From an uncultured Eubacteriales bacterium (lineage in GTDB: Bacteria > Bacillota > Clostridia > HGM11514), in contig CABUMF010000005.1 of NCBI GenBank assembly GCA_902492655.1, forward strand, positions 13,478 to 77,477: DNA of 64,000 bases, read 5' to 3'. Position 1 is the stretch's first letter. Every line of letters starts with the position of its first letter. The translations under genes and the position numbers were made by a program. This document shows, one piece after another, positions 19,154 to 28,267 of this stretch. Under the pieces are notes generated by a model that worked only from the letters and a program-made list of their open reading frames with translations, was not told the origin of the DNA and ran no database searches.

Positions 19154-20383
19154 ATGAAAAAGGCAAAAATATCACTTATTACAGTACTTTTTTTGCTTCT
19201 GTGTTCGCTTTGTGTATTTGCCGGCGACAATGAAGATGTTGTAGTCAGTCTGCAAATCGGCAATCCGATAATGGAGGTAAACGGAGCGGAAACCGAAATT
19301 GACAAAGGCAGAGGGACTGAGCCGATAATAAGAAACGGCAGAACTTTGGTTCCCATACGGGCGATAACAGAGGCTTTCGGAGGAAGCGTTTTTTGGGACG
19401 AAACCTCGCAATCGGTGCTTTTAAATATGGAAGATGATACAATAAAGCTTGTTATTGACAGCAAAACTGCGTATCTTAACAGCAATTCCGAAACGCTCGA
19501 CGTCGCACCGACAGTCATAAACGGGCGCACAATGCTTCCCATTCGTTTTGTTGCGGAGGGCTTTAACCTGGGCGTTGCGTGGGACGGCTATGAACAGAGG
19601 ATATATGTAATCAAAAATTCTTTTGATGAGTATGAATACAATTACATAAAAAGCAATGTACCTCCCTATTCGGGGGATGCATATGTCAGCGTAAACGGCA
19701 ACAAGCCGCTTTTTAAAGATTATGAAATTATTGACGCTTCCTTTGAGTATTATGCCGATACGGACGAATTGGGGCGATGCGATGTTTGCTTTGCGACCGT
19801 TGCGGAGGACATAATGCCCACGGAAGAAAGAGAGAGCATAAGCTCGGTTACGCCTACGGGTTGGATAAACGCAACATATGACAATGTTGACGGGGCGTAT
19901 CTTTATAACCGCTGTCATCTTATAGGCTTTCAGCTGACGGGCGAAAACGCCAATGAAAGAAATCTCATTACCGGAACAAGATACCTTAATATTGAAGGTA
20001 TGCTTCCCTTTGAAAACATGGTTGCGGACTATGTTGAAAGAACAAAAGACCGTGTTTTATACCGTTCTACTCCTGTTTTTACGGGAAATAATCTTGTGGC
20101 TGACGGTGTTCTTTTGGAAGCGTATTCGGTTGCCGACGCAGGACAGGGAATATCGTTTTGCGTGTATTGTTATAATGTTCAGCCCGATATAAATATTGAT
20201 TACGAAACGGGAGCAAGTTCTTATTCGGCAAAACCTACAGCGGACGAAAACAAAATATACAGAACTCCCACAGGCAAAAAATATCACTTTGATAAGGAAT
20301 GCGGAGGAAAAAACAGCTTTGAAACAACGCTTGAAGAAGCAAAGCAGGCAGGGCTTGAGCCTTGCTCAAAGTGCGTGAAATGA
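19154..20383 (+). CDS. secreted DNA/RNA non-specific endonuclease (EndA/NucA family) with N-terminal copper-amine-oxidase-like domains and Cys-containing C-terminal tail
   Basis: Signal peptide MKKAKISLITVLFLLLCSLCVFA. Two Cu-amine-oxidase-N-like repeats (NGRTLVPIRAITEAFG, NGRTMLPIRFVAEGF). The nuclease core has NRCHLIGFQLTGENANERNLITGTRYLN and YRSTPVF, resembling EndA (RSHLIA..NLITGTR..TPIY). The C-terminal tail reads GKKYHFDKECGG...CSKCVK. Start taken at the internal ATG 19154, because the track's 19073 start lies inside the promoter. Confidence 0.85.
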   Translation: MKKAKISLITVLFLLLCSLCVFAGDNEDVVVSLQIGNPIMEVNGAETEIDKGRGTEPIIRNGRTLVPIRAITEAFGGSVFWDETSQSVLLNMEDDTIKLVIDSKTAYLNSNSETLDVAPTVINGRTMLPIRFVAEGFNLGVAWDGYEQRIYVIKNSFDEYEYNYIKSNVPPYSGDAYVSVNGNKPLFKDYEIIDASFEYYADTDELGRCDVCFATVAEDIMPTEERESISSVTPTGWINATYDNVDGAYLYNRCHLIGFQLTGENANERNLITGTRYLNIEGMLPFENMVADYVERTKDRVLYRSTPVFTGNNLVADGVLLEAYSVADAGQGISFCVYCYNVQPDINIDYETGASSYSAKPTADENKIYRTPTGKKYHFDKECGGKNSFETTLEEAKQAGLEPCSKCVK

Positions 20384-20561
20384 CGGAACGAGTCATTATA
20401 TAAACTCCTCAATAGATCAATATACTCTTTTTATTTTCGGAGCTCATCGCTACATAAATTCCGATATTTGCACAAACGAGGAAAAGAAAAATCTAAGCCG
20501 AATACTGGAAGGCTTTGCAAAAAGAGCAGAAAAAAATGTTACAAAAGAAAACTGTTACGAT

Positions 20562-21209
20562 ATGCTTCGTGATGACGGCGGAAAAAGCCTTTCTATCACC
20601 TTTTGGGGAGAAAACTTGGGAAATCACGAATATTTAAGGCTTCCCATGATTTACCTTGCCACATGGGAAGCAAGCGGAAACGAGCATTGGCTTGAAGCCT
20701 ACCGCAAAATACGAAGCGAGGCGTACGAAAAATCATTGCCGATGGGAAGCTACTGGCATCTATATACGCTTCAGCAAATGCAGGTATCCGTAAGGCTCTG
20801 TTATGACGCCGACCCTGACGAAGGCAGTAAAGAAAAATACGCATTTTTATTAAATGAGGTTGCCGACTATGCCCTCGGTATGGTTCCGGAAATTTCAAAA
20901 GAGGTTTCCGGAAGATGCGATGTTAATGTTCCTTCTCGCAGCTTCAGAGAAAGAAAGATGAGCGAAAACAACAACCTTAAAAAGCTGGGACTAAATTACT
21001 TATCCCCCGTTCACGAAGAAGCAGATACTTTTTTCTTTATGCAGGACGCCGCAAATATAGCCATTGCCGTAGGGCTTTCTCCTGACAAAAGGCTTACGAA
21101 AGAAGCGGAGGAGCTTTTTGAATATGCTTACAATAAAATAGATTTTGAAAAACATTCAAGAGCGCTTCCCGTTCATTTTCTTCAAGGGTATTACAGAGCA
21201 TTTTTGTAA
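20562..21209 (+). CDS. hypothetical protein (no recognisable domain); reading frame open upstream to 20379 without a canonical start, possibly a 5'-truncated gene
   Basis: 215 aa ORF with no Shine-Dalgarno before its ATG. The same frame is open for 61 further codons up to the nuclease stop, which suggests a remnant. No terminator separates it from the nuclease gene. Confidence 0.5.
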   Translation: MLRDDGGKSLSITFWGENLGNHEYLRLPMIYLATWEASGNEHWLEAYRKIRSEAYEKSLPMGSYWHLYTLQQMQVSVRLCYDADPDEGSKEKYAFLLNEVADYALGMVPEISKEVSGRCDVNVPSRSFRERKMSENNNLKKLGLNYLSPVHEEADTFFFMQDAANIAIAVGLSPDKRLTKEAEELFEYAYNKIDFEKHSRALPVHFLQGYYRAFL

Positions 21210-21250
21210 ACCGCCAAAAGCTAAAATCCCGATAAAATAACGGACAAACG

Positions 21251-21285
21251 AAAAAAACGAGGACCGTTTAGTCCTCGTTTTTTTG
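21251..21285. terminator. bidirectional intrinsic terminator (A7-ACGAGGAC-CGTTTA-GTCCTCGT-T7)
   Basis: Perfect 8-bp stem flanked by an A-tract and a T-tract. It serves the + strand hypothetical gene and the minus-strand tRNA cluster. Confidence 0.8.
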
Positions 21286-21315
21286 AACCGATAAATAATC
21301 CACGGTTCATCCTTA

Positions 21316-21386
21316 AGGCGCCACCCAGATTCGAACTGGGGGTAAAGGCTTTGCAGGCCCGTGCCTTACCACTTGGCCATGGCGCC
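21316..21386 (-). tRNA. tRNA-Cys (anticodon GCA)
   Basis: Reverse complement GGCGCCATGGCCAAGTGGTAAGGCACGGGCCTGCAAAGCCTTTACCCCCAGTTCGAATCTGGGTGGCGCCT has an anticodon loop CTGCAAA and a T-arm CCCAG-TTCGAAT-CTGGG. It resembles Firmicute tRNA-Cys. Confidence 0.85.
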
Positions 21387-21421
21387 ATATTACAAGAGAC
21401 GCATCATCTGCGTCTCTTTGG

Positions 21422-21496
21422 TGGAGCGGAAGACGGGATTCGAACCCGCGACGTTCACCTTGGCAAGGTGACGCTCTACCACTGAGCCACTCCCGC
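21422..21496 (-). tRNA. tRNA-Gly (anticodon GCC), CCA encoded
   Basis: Reverse complement GCGGGAGTGGCTCAGTGGTAGAGCGTCACCTTGCCAAGGTGAACGTCGCGGGTTCGAATCCCGTCTTCCGCTCCA has an anticodon loop TTGCCAA. Confidence 0.88.
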
Positions 21497-21506
21497 AGAT
21501 ATTAAA

Positions 21507-21579
21507 TGCCTCCGGGTGGAATCGAACCGCCGACACAGGGATTTTCAGTCCCTTGCTCTACCGACTGAGCTACAGAGGC
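21507..21579 (-). tRNA. tRNA-Phe (anticodon GAA)
   Basis: Reverse complement GCCTCTGTAGCTCAGTCGGTAGAGCAAGGGACTGAAAATCCCTGTGTCGGCGGTTCGATTCCACCCGGAGGCA has an anticodon loop CTGAAAA. There is one C-A mismatch in the T-stem. Confidence 0.85.
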
Positions 21580-21621
21580 TTATGTAACAGAGGCAGTTTT
21601 TTCTACCCAAGAAAATTAAAA

Positions 21622-21698
21622 TGGCGACCCGGAAGGGGCTCGAACCCTCGACCTCCAGCGTGACAGGCTGGCGCTCTAACCAGCTGAGCTACCGGGCC
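21622..21698 (-). tRNA. tRNA-Asp (anticodon GTC), CCA encoded
   Basis: Reverse complement GGCCCGGTAGCTCAGCTGGTTAGAGCGCCAGCCTGTCACGCTGGAGGTCGAGGGTTCGAGCCCCTTCCGGGTCGCCA has an anticodon loop CTGTCAC. Confidence 0.88.
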
Positions 21699-21752
21699 AT
21701 TTTCCTGCCGTCTTGGTAAACACTTCAGTGTTCCGCCGCAACAACGTAGTTT

Positions 21753-21781
21753 ATTATAGCATACATATTTCCTTTTGTCAA
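21753..21781 (-). promoter_or_regulatory. consensus promoter of tRNA operon (TTGACA-17-TATAAT on minus strand)
   Basis: The minus strand reads TTGACAaaaggaaatatgtatgcTATAAT, about 55 nt upstream of tRNA-Asp. Confidence 0.7.
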
Positions 21782-21871
21782 TACCTTTTTTGAAAAAAAT
21801 ATAAAAATTTTTTCAGCCTTACATTTTCCCATGCCGTTTGGTAATTATATGAGGTAACGAGTAAATTGTTG

Positions 21872-21900
21872 TTGCAATTATTATTAATCTGTGATATACT
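21872..21900 (+). promoter_or_regulatory. putative promoter of NSS transporter gene (TTGCAA-17-TATACT)
   Basis: Hexamers with a 17-nt spacer lie 34 nt upstream of the ATG, with a GAGGGG RBS. Confidence 0.5.
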
Positions 21901-21933
21901 ATAGAAAAATTATAAATTGAGGGGTAATTTAAT

Positions 21934-23274
21934 ATGCAAAGAGAAAGATTAGGTACGCGTTTGGGGTTTATTCTGCTTTCTGCCGGGTGCGCCATAGGAT
22001 GCGGAAATGTATGGAAATTCCCGTGGATGTGCGGAAAATCGGGAGGCGGCGGATTTTTGCTTATTTACTTTATCTGCCTAATACTTCTCGGACTTCCGGT
22101 AATGGTTATGGAATTTTCGCTCGGACGGGCATCCCAGGCAAGCCCGGTTAAAATGTATCAGAAGCTGCAAAAGCCCGGACAAAAATGGCACATTCACGGA
22201 TATTTTGCACTCTTCGGAAACATCTGTCTTATGGCGTTCTACACGGTTGTTTGCGGTTGGATGATCAACTACTTCGTTAAGTTCATCACCGGCAACAACG
22301 CAAGCATCGGTTTTGCGGACATGATTACAAACCCGTGGGTTAATGTTGTTTTTCTTGCGGTTACGGTTATAATCGGGTTCGGAATACTCTGCTTTAACCT
22401 TCAGGGCGGTCTTGAAAGAGTTACAAAATATATGATGCTAATTCTTTTGGGACTTATGGTAATTCTGGCTGTTCACAGCGGTTTGCTTGAAGGCGCAAAG
22501 GAAGGACTTTCGTTCTATCTTGTCCCTGACTTTTCAAAAATAAACGGCACTGTAATCGTGAACGCCATGAATCAGGCATTCTTCACATTAAGTCTCGGCA
22601 TCGGTTCAATGGCGATATTCGGCAGCTACATAGGCAAGGACCACTCTCTCCTCGGAGAATCGGTCAATGTAATTATTCTCGACACACTCGTTGCGGTTAT
22701 CGCAGGGCTTATTATCTTCCCTGCTTGCTACACCTATAATGTTGAAGTTACTGCCGGACCGAGCCTTCTTTTTGACACAATGGCGTCTGTTTTCAATAAT
22801 ATGAACGGCGGTCGCCTGTGGGGCTCTTTATTCTTTTTGTTTATGGTTTTTGCGGCACTCTCAACCGTTCTGGCGGTTTTTGAAAACATTCTTGCTTGCG
22901 TTCGTGAGCTTACAGGATGGAGCCGTCCCAAGGGCTGTGCGGTTTGCGGCATTGTGATATTCATTCTCGCTCTTACCACTGCCCTCGGCTACAGTGTGTT
23001 TTCAGGATTTGTTCCCTTCGGCGAGGGCTCGGCATGGCTTGACCTTTGGGATTTCATCGTAAGCACAAACCTTTTGCCGCTCGGTTCGCTCTGTGTTGCG
23101 ATTTTCTGCTGTAATAAGCGTTTCGGCTGGGGCTGGGATAACTTTAAAGCCGAAGCAAATATGGGCAAAGGTCCCAAGGTTCACGACTGGATGAAGCCTG
23201 TATTCAAATACTTTATTCCCGTTGCCATAATAGGGCTTTACATCTACGGTCTTGCAACATTTAATTGGAAGTAA
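21934..23274 (+). CDS. sodium-dependent transporter, neurotransmitter:sodium symporter (NSS/SNF) family
   Basis: 446 aa, roughly 11-12 TM segments. The N-terminal RLGFILLSAGCAIGCGNVWKFPW motif is characteristic of NSS. Confidence 0.88.
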   Translation: MQRERLGTRLGFILLSAGCAIGCGNVWKFPWMCGKSGGGGFLLIYFICLILLGLPVMVMEFSLGRASQASPVKMYQKLQKPGQKWHIHGYFALFGNICLMAFYTVVCGWMINYFVKFITGNNASIGFADMITNPWVNVVFLAVTVIIGFGILCFNLQGGLERVTKYMMLILLGLMVILAVHSGLLEGAKEGLSFYLVPDFSKINGTVIVNAMNQAFFTLSLGIGSMAIFGSYIGKDHSLLGESVNVIILDTLVAVIAGLIIFPACYTYNVEVTAGPSLLFDTMASVFNNMNGGRLWGSLFFLFMVFAALSTVLAVFENILACVRELTGWSRPKGCAVCGIVIFILALTTALGYSVFSGFVPFGEGSAWLDLWDFIVSTNLLPLGSLCVAIFCCNKRFGWGWDNFKAEANMGKGPKVHDWMKPVFKYFIPVAIIGLYIYGLATFNWK

Positions 23275-23297
23275 TATAGATAAAAAGCAAATAAAAT

Positions 23298-23340
23298 AAG
23301 GGCTTTTTTGGTAAAATGGTAAAAAATCAAAAAAGCCCTT
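23298..23340. terminator. 13-bp perfect inverted repeat hairpin (AAGGGCTTTTTTG ... CAAAAAAGCCCTT) between transporter gene and pta promoter
   Basis: 13-bp stem with a 17-nt loop and no clean U-tract. It is probably a terminator or insulator for the upstream gene, and its 3' arm abuts the pta -35. Confidence 0.45.
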
Positions 23341-23367
23341 GTAATATTAATGAAATAGATGTATAAT
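23339..23367 (+). promoter_or_regulatory. pta-ackA promoter (TTGTAA-17-TGnTATAAT extended -10)
   Basis: -35 at 23339-23344 and an extended -10 TGTATAAT at 23360-23367. Confidence 0.6.
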
Positions 23368-23405
23368 AAATAGGTTGATGAATATATGAAAGAAGGCTTT
23401 TACAA

Positions 23406-24401
23406 ATGAGTAAATTTCTTGACAGAATTATTGAACGCGCCAAGGCTGATAAAAAGACTATCGTTTTGGCTGAAGGCACGGAACCTCGCACGATTGCCGC
23501 TGCCGATATTATATTGAAGCAGGGCATCGCAAACCTCATTATTCTCGGGAATAAGGATGAAATCGCAAAGATTTCCGGCGGTTACGATATATCTGCCGCA
23601 ACGATTATCGACCCTGAAACAGACGAGCATTTTGAGGACTTCGTTCAGACCTTCTATGAAATGAGAAAAGAGAAGGGTATGACCGAGGAAAAGGCTCGTG
23701 AAACAATGAAAAACACACTTTATTTCGGTTCGATGATGGTAAAGAAGGATCTTGCCGACGGTATGGTTGCAGGTGCTGTTAACTCCACCGCAAACGTTCT
23801 TCGTCCCAATCTTCAGATTCTTCGCACCAAGCCCGGTTGCAAGCTTGTTTCGGCATTTTTCGTTATGGTTGTTCCGGATTGCCCCTACGGTGCTGACGGT
23901 ACATTTATATTTGCCGATTCCGGTCTTAACGAAAATCCCGATGCGGACAAGGTTTCCGAAATCGCAATTTCTTCCGCTCAATCATTTAAGCAGCTTGTTG
24001 AGGAAGAGCCTGTTGTGGGCATGATTTCTTATTCTACATACGGCAGTGCAAAATCCGAGCTTGTCGAAAAAATGCAGGAAGCTACAAGGCTTGCAAAGGA
24101 AAAAGCACCCGAGCTTAAGCTTGACGGGGAATTTCAGGTGGATGCGGCAATTGTTCCCGAAATCGGTCAGTCAAAGGCTAAGGGAAGCGATGTTGCAGGC
24201 AAATGCAACGTTCTCGTGTTCCCCGACCTCAACGCAGGAAACAGCGGCTATAAGCTTGTTCAGCGTCTTGCAAAGGCTGAAGCATACGGCCCTATCACAC
24301 AGGGTATCGCAAAGCCGGTTAACGACCTTTCAAGAGGATGCTCCGCCGAGGATATTGCAGGCGTTGTTGCAATCACTTGCGTTCAGGCACAAAATAATTA
24401 A
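23406..24401 (+). CDS. pta: phosphate acetyltransferase
   Basis: 331 aa. High similarity to Pta along the full length (MSKFLDRIIERAKADKKTIVLAEGTEPR...). Immediately upstream of ackA. Confidence 0.93.
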   Translation: MSKFLDRIIERAKADKKTIVLAEGTEPRTIAAADIILKQGIANLIILGNKDEIAKISGGYDISAATIIDPETDEHFEDFVQTFYEMRKEKGMTEEKARETMKNTLYFGSMMVKKDLADGMVAGAVNSTANVLRPNLQILRTKPGCKLVSAFFVMVVPDCPYGADGTFIFADSGLNENPDADKVSEIAISSAQSFKQLVEEEPVVGMISYSTYGSAKSELVEKMQEATRLAKEKAPELKLDGEFQVDAAIVPEIGQSKAKGSDVAGKCNVLVFPDLNAGNSGYKLVQRLAKAEAYGPITQGIAKPVNDLSRGCSAEDIAGVVAITCVQAQNN

Positions 24402-24416
24402 TCGGAGGCTAACATT

Positions 24417-25610
24417 ATGAAAATTCTTGTTATAAACGCAGGAAGCTCTTCACTTAAATACCAGCTTATCAATATGGACGATAAGTCCGTTATGGCAAAA
24501 GGTCTTTGCGAAAGAATAGGCATTGACGGAAAAAACACCTTTAAGCCTACAGGAGGCACTCCCGTTGAGCTTACGGCACCGCTCAAGGATCATTCCGATG
24601 CAATAAAATCCGTTATCGGAGCTCTTATAAATCCCGAATACGGCGTAATTTCTTCAATGTCCGAAATTGACGCTGTGGGACACAGAGTGGTTCACGGCGG
24701 AGAAATGTTCTCAAAATCCGTAATTATCGACGATGAGGTTATGGATGCTGTTGAAAAGTGTATTCCCCTTGCACCCCTTCACAACCCCGCAAACATCATC
24801 GGCATAAACGCCTGCAAGGAGGTTATGCCGGGGGTTCCGCAGGTCGGAGTTTTTGACACTGCTTTTCATCAGACAATGCCCGAAGTTGAATATATGTATG
24901 GTCTTCCCTATGAGCTTTACGAGGAGTACAAAATCAGAAGATACGGCTTCCACGGAACATCTCACAATTATGTTTCCGGCAAGGCTGCGGAGTTTTTGGG
25001 AAAAGATATATCCGAACTTAAAATCATCTGCTGTCACCTCGGAAACGGCTCTTCAATCACAGCTGTGGACGGTGGAAAGTCCGTTGCAACAACAATGGGA
25101 CTTACTCCCCTTGACGGCGTTATAATGGGCACAAGATGCGGAAGCATTGACCCTGCTATCATAACCTTCCTTATGGGCAAGGGAATGACAGCGCAGGAGG
25201 TTGATACGCTTATCAACAAAAAGTCGGGCGTTCAAGGTATTTCGGGCGTAAGCTCCGACTTCAGAGATCTTGCCGCAGCTGCCGCCGAAGGAAACAAGAG
25301 AGCGGCACTCGCAGTTGATATGTTCAGCTACGATGTTAAAAAATACATCGGCTCCTATGCAGCCGTTATGGGCGGAGTTGATGCTGTTGTGTTCACGGCA
25401 GGCGTCGGCGAAAATGACAGCGATGTAAGAAAAAAGGTGACGGACGGTCTTGAATTTCTCGGAATAAAGATTGACGAGGATAAAAACAACACAAGAGGAA
25501 CCGTTGACATCACAGCCGAGGACGGAAAGGTTAAGGTTCTTGTTATTCCTACGGACGAGGAGCTTATGATAGCTCTTGAAACACAGAAATTGACTTCTTC
25601 CGAAAAATAA
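24417..25610 (+). CDS. ackA: acetate kinase
   Basis: 397 aa with [18 protein letters not shown]-terminus and full-length AckA similarity. Confidence 0.94.
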   Translation: MKILVINAGSSSLKYQLINMDDKSVMAKGLCERIGIDGKNTFKPTGGTPVELTAPLKDHSDAIKSVIGALINPEYGVISSMSEIDAVGHRVVHGGEMFSKSVIIDDEVMDAVEKCIPLAPLHNPANIIGINACKEVMPGVPQVGVFDTAFHQTMPEVEYMYGLPYELYEEYKIRRYGFHGTSHNYVSGKAAEFLGKDISELKIICCHLGNGSSITAVDGGKSVATTMGLTPLDGVIMGTRCGSIDPAIITFLMGKGMTAQEVDTLINKKSGVQGISGVSSDFRDLAAAAAEGNKRAALAVDMFSYDVKKYIGSYAAVMGGVDAVVFTAGVGENDSDVRKKVTDGLEFLGIKIDEDKNNTRGTVDITAEDGKVKVLVIPTDEELMIALETQKLTSSEK

Positions 25611-25692
25611 TTTAAAAACACTTGACAAATAAAGTTTTTTTTAGTATAATTATAAGGCTAACGATTACCGTTATGTGTATGCGAGGTAAGCA

Positions 25693-26178
25693 ATGATTAT
25701 TGATTTATCCCTTCTTGTAAAAAATGAAGGCATGGTTAAAGAGGTTTCCGATGAAACGCTGGACATTGCCGAATTTACTTACAGCGGAGAAAAATACAGC
25801 TTCAGCAAAAAGCCTGTGTTTTCGGGGCGGTTTGTCAATGAGGGGAGCGATGTTGTTCGTTTTACCGCCGTGTGCAAGTTTACGCTGAATGTGCGTTGCG
25901 CATTGTGTGCTAAACAGTTTACTAAGGATTATACTGTTAATATTGACGAGATTCTGAAGGACGATGAGGGCAACAGCCTTATTGTCAACGGTAAGCTTGA
26001 AATTGACGATATAATTATGACGGATATTTTCCTCAACCTTGAACTGAAGCACCTTTGCAGGGAGGATTGTAAGGGTCTTTGCAGCGTTTGCGGTGCCGAC
26101 CTTAATGAGGGCGACTGCGGCTGTGACAGACATTCTTATGACCCAAGGCTCAGTGCGTTGAGGGATTTGTTAAAATAG
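25693..26178 (+). CDS. YceD/DUF177 family protein (large-subunit ribosome assembly-associated), with C-terminal Cys cluster
   Basis: 161 aa with CKGLCSVCGADLNEGDCGCD near the C-terminus, immediately upstream of rpmF as in most bacteria. Confidence 0.8.
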   Translation: MIIDLSLLVKNEGMVKEVSDETLDIAEFTYSGEKYSFSKKPVFSGRFVNEGSDVVRFTAVCKFTLNVRCALCAKQFTKDYTVNIDEILKDDEGNSLIVNGKLEIDDIIMTDIFLNLELKHLCREDCKGLCSVCGADLNEGDCGCDRHSYDPRLSALRDLLK

Positions 26179-26218
26179 CTAACATATTCCATCCTAATCT
26201 TTTAAGGAGGTGTAGATA

Positions 26219-26398
26219 ATGGCAGTACCTAAGGGTAAAGTATCAAAAGCTCGTCGCGATAAAAGACGCGCAAACTGGAAGCTTACAATCCCGGGCATGG
26301 TTAAGTGTCCGCAGTGTCAGGAATATATGATGCCTCACAGAGTATGCGGCTCATGTGGTTTCTACAAAGGTAAGCAGGTAGTTGCAAAAGAAGCTTAA
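26219..26398 (+). CDS. rpmF: 50S ribosomal protein L32
   Basis: 59 aa [22 protein letters not shown]...[22 protein letters not shown] with an AAGGAGG RBS 9 nt upstream. It is below the ORF-track length cutoff. Confidence 0.92.
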   Translation: MAVPKGKVSKARRDKRRANWKLTIPGMVKCPQCQEYMMPHRVCGSCGFYKGKQVVAKEA

Positions 26399-26411
26399 TG
26401 ATTTTATTGAT

Positions 26412-26443
26412 AAAAAGCCGATCTTTTTAAGATTGGCTTTTTA
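26412..26443 (+). terminator. intrinsic terminator after rpmF
   Basis: AAGCCGATCTT-ttt-AAGATTGGCTT stem-loop followed by TTT. Confidence 0.7.
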
Positions 26444-26449
26444 ATTTCC

Positions 26450-26484
26450 GAAAAAACAGGAGCTGTCCGCATTGCGGACAGCTC
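26450..26484 (-). terminator. intrinsic terminator after pckA (convergent)
   Basis: 11-bp perfect stem GAGCTGTCCGC/GCGGACAGCTC followed, on the minus strand, by T6. Confidence 0.7.
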
Positions 26485-26500
26485 TTATTCATTATACTGA

Positions 26501-28105
26501 TTATTTCTGAGGGCCTGCCGAAACGAGAGCCTTACCATGTTCGTTACCTTCGTATTTTTTGAAGTTTTTAACAAATCTGTCGGCAAGGTCGTTTGCCTTT
26601 GCTTCCCACTCGGATGCATCGGCATATGTGTCTCTCGGATCCAAAATACCGGTATCAACACCCTTAAGCTCTGTAGGAACCTCAAGGTTGAATATCGGGA
26701 TTTTCTTTGTAGGCGCATTATTAATATCGCCGTTGAGGATTGCGTCGATAATTCCTCTTGTATCACGAATTGAAATTCTCTTACCGGTTCCGTTCCAACC
26801 TGTATTTACAAGATAAGCTTTAGCGCCGCTCTTCTGCATTTTCTTAACAAGCTCTTCGGCATACTTTGTAGGATGAAGCTCCAAAAATGCCTGACCGAAG
26901 CAAGCGGAGAATGTGGGAGTAGGCTCGGTTATGCCTCTTTCGGTTCCTGCAAGCTTTGCAGTGAAGCCGGAAAGGAAATAATACTGCGTCTGCTCGGGTG
27001 TAAGAATGGAAACCGGAGGCAAAACTCCGAAAGCATCCGCCGAAAGGAAGATTACATTCTTAGCATCGGGAGCTGCGGAAACCGGGCGAACGATATTTTC
27101 AATATGATTGATAGGATACGAAACACGAGTATTTTCGGTAACGCTCTTATCATCAAAATCTATCTTTCCGTTTTCGTCAAGCGTAACATTTTCCAAAAGC
27201 GCATTTCTCTTGATTGCGTTATAAATGTCAGGCTCGGAATCCTTGTCGAGGTTAATAACCTTTGCGTAGCAGCCGCCTTCAAAGTTGAAAACGCCGTTAT
27301 CGTCCCAGCCATGCTCATCGTCGCCGATAAGAAGACGCTTGGGGTCGGTTGAAAGGGTTGTTTTGCCTGTACCGGAAAGACCGAAGAATATTGCTGTGTT
27401 CTTGCCGTCCATATCGGTATTTGCAGAGCAATGCATTGCGGCAATTCCCTTAAGAGGAAGGTAATAGTTCATCATGGAGAACATACCCTTTTTCATTTCT
27501 CCGCCGTACCAAGTGTTAACAATTACCTGCTCGCGGCTTGTAATATTGAACATAACAGCAGTTTCGGAATTAAGCCCGAGCTCCTTGTAATTTTCAACCT
27601 TAGCCTTTGATGCATTGTAAACAACGAAATCGGGTTCAAAGGTTTCAAGCTCCTCGTCAGTGGGCTGAATGAACATATTCTTTACAAAGTGAGCCTGCCA
27701 AGCAACCTCCATAATAAATTTGATTGCCATGCGGGTATCCTTGTTTGTACCGCAGAAGGCATCCACAACAAAGAGTCTTTTTCCGGAAAGCTCGTTCTTT
27801 GCAATTTCCTTAACGGCATTCCAAGCCTCTATTGATGCGGGATGATTGTCGTTTTTATACTCATCGGATGTCCACCAAACGGTATCCTTTGAGTTTTCAT
27901 CCATAACAATAAACTTATCTTTAGGAGAACGACCGGTATAAATACCTGTCATAACATTAACAGCACCCAATTCACTTTCCTGACCTTTTTCAAAGCCTTC
28001 AAGACCGGGCTTTGTTTCTTCCTCAAACAAAAACTCGTAGGAAGGATTGTGAACGATTTCTGTCGTACCGGTAATTCCGTATTTGGTTAAATCAATTTTT
28101 GCCAT
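26501..28105 (-). CDS. pckA: phosphoenolpyruvate carboxykinase (ATP)
   Basis: 534 aa with [11 protein letters not shown] kinase-1a loop and full-length ATP-PEPCK similarity. Confidence 0.94.
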   Translation of the reverse strand: MAKIDLTKYGITGTTEIVHNPSYEFLFEEETKPGLEGFEKGQESELGAVNVMTGIYTGRSPKDKFIVMDENSKDTVWWTSDEYKNDNHPASIEAWNAVKEIAKNELSGKRLFVVDAFCGTNKDTRMAIKFIMEVAWQAHFVKNMFIQPTDEELETFEPDFVVYNASKAKVENYKELGLNSETAVMFNITSREQVIVNTWYGGEMKKGMFSMMNYYLPLKGIAAMHCSANTDMDGKNTAIFFGLSGTGKTTLSTDPKRLLIGDDEHGWDDNGVFNFEGGCYAKVINLDKDSEPDIYNAIKRNALLENVTLDENGKIDFDDKSVTENTRVSYPINHIENIVRPVSAAPDAKNVIFLSADAFGVLPPVSILTPEQTQYYFLSGFTAKLAGTERGITEPTPTFSACFGQAFLELHPTKYAEELVKKMQKSGAKAYLVNTGWNGTGKRISIRDTRGIIDAILNGDINNAPTKKIPIFNLEVPTELKGVDTGILDPRDTYADASEWEAKANDLADRFVKNFKKYEGNEHGKALVSAGPQK

Positions 28106-28267
28106 AACAAAGTACCTCTTTTCTCGTAAAATTACTACCGATGCGAAAGCATATCCAAATAAAATTCAACTTCCGCCTAATATAATTATACACCAAATTT
28201 ATAAAAAATCAATAGTTATTTTTTAAATTGTTAAAATTTGTGCAAACTAACAATAAAGTGTATCATT

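Noticed and set aside
23400-25628. Long antisense ORFs (193 and 191 aa) opposite pta and ackA
   Set aside because: They are antisense to highly conserved metabolic genes and have no independent support.
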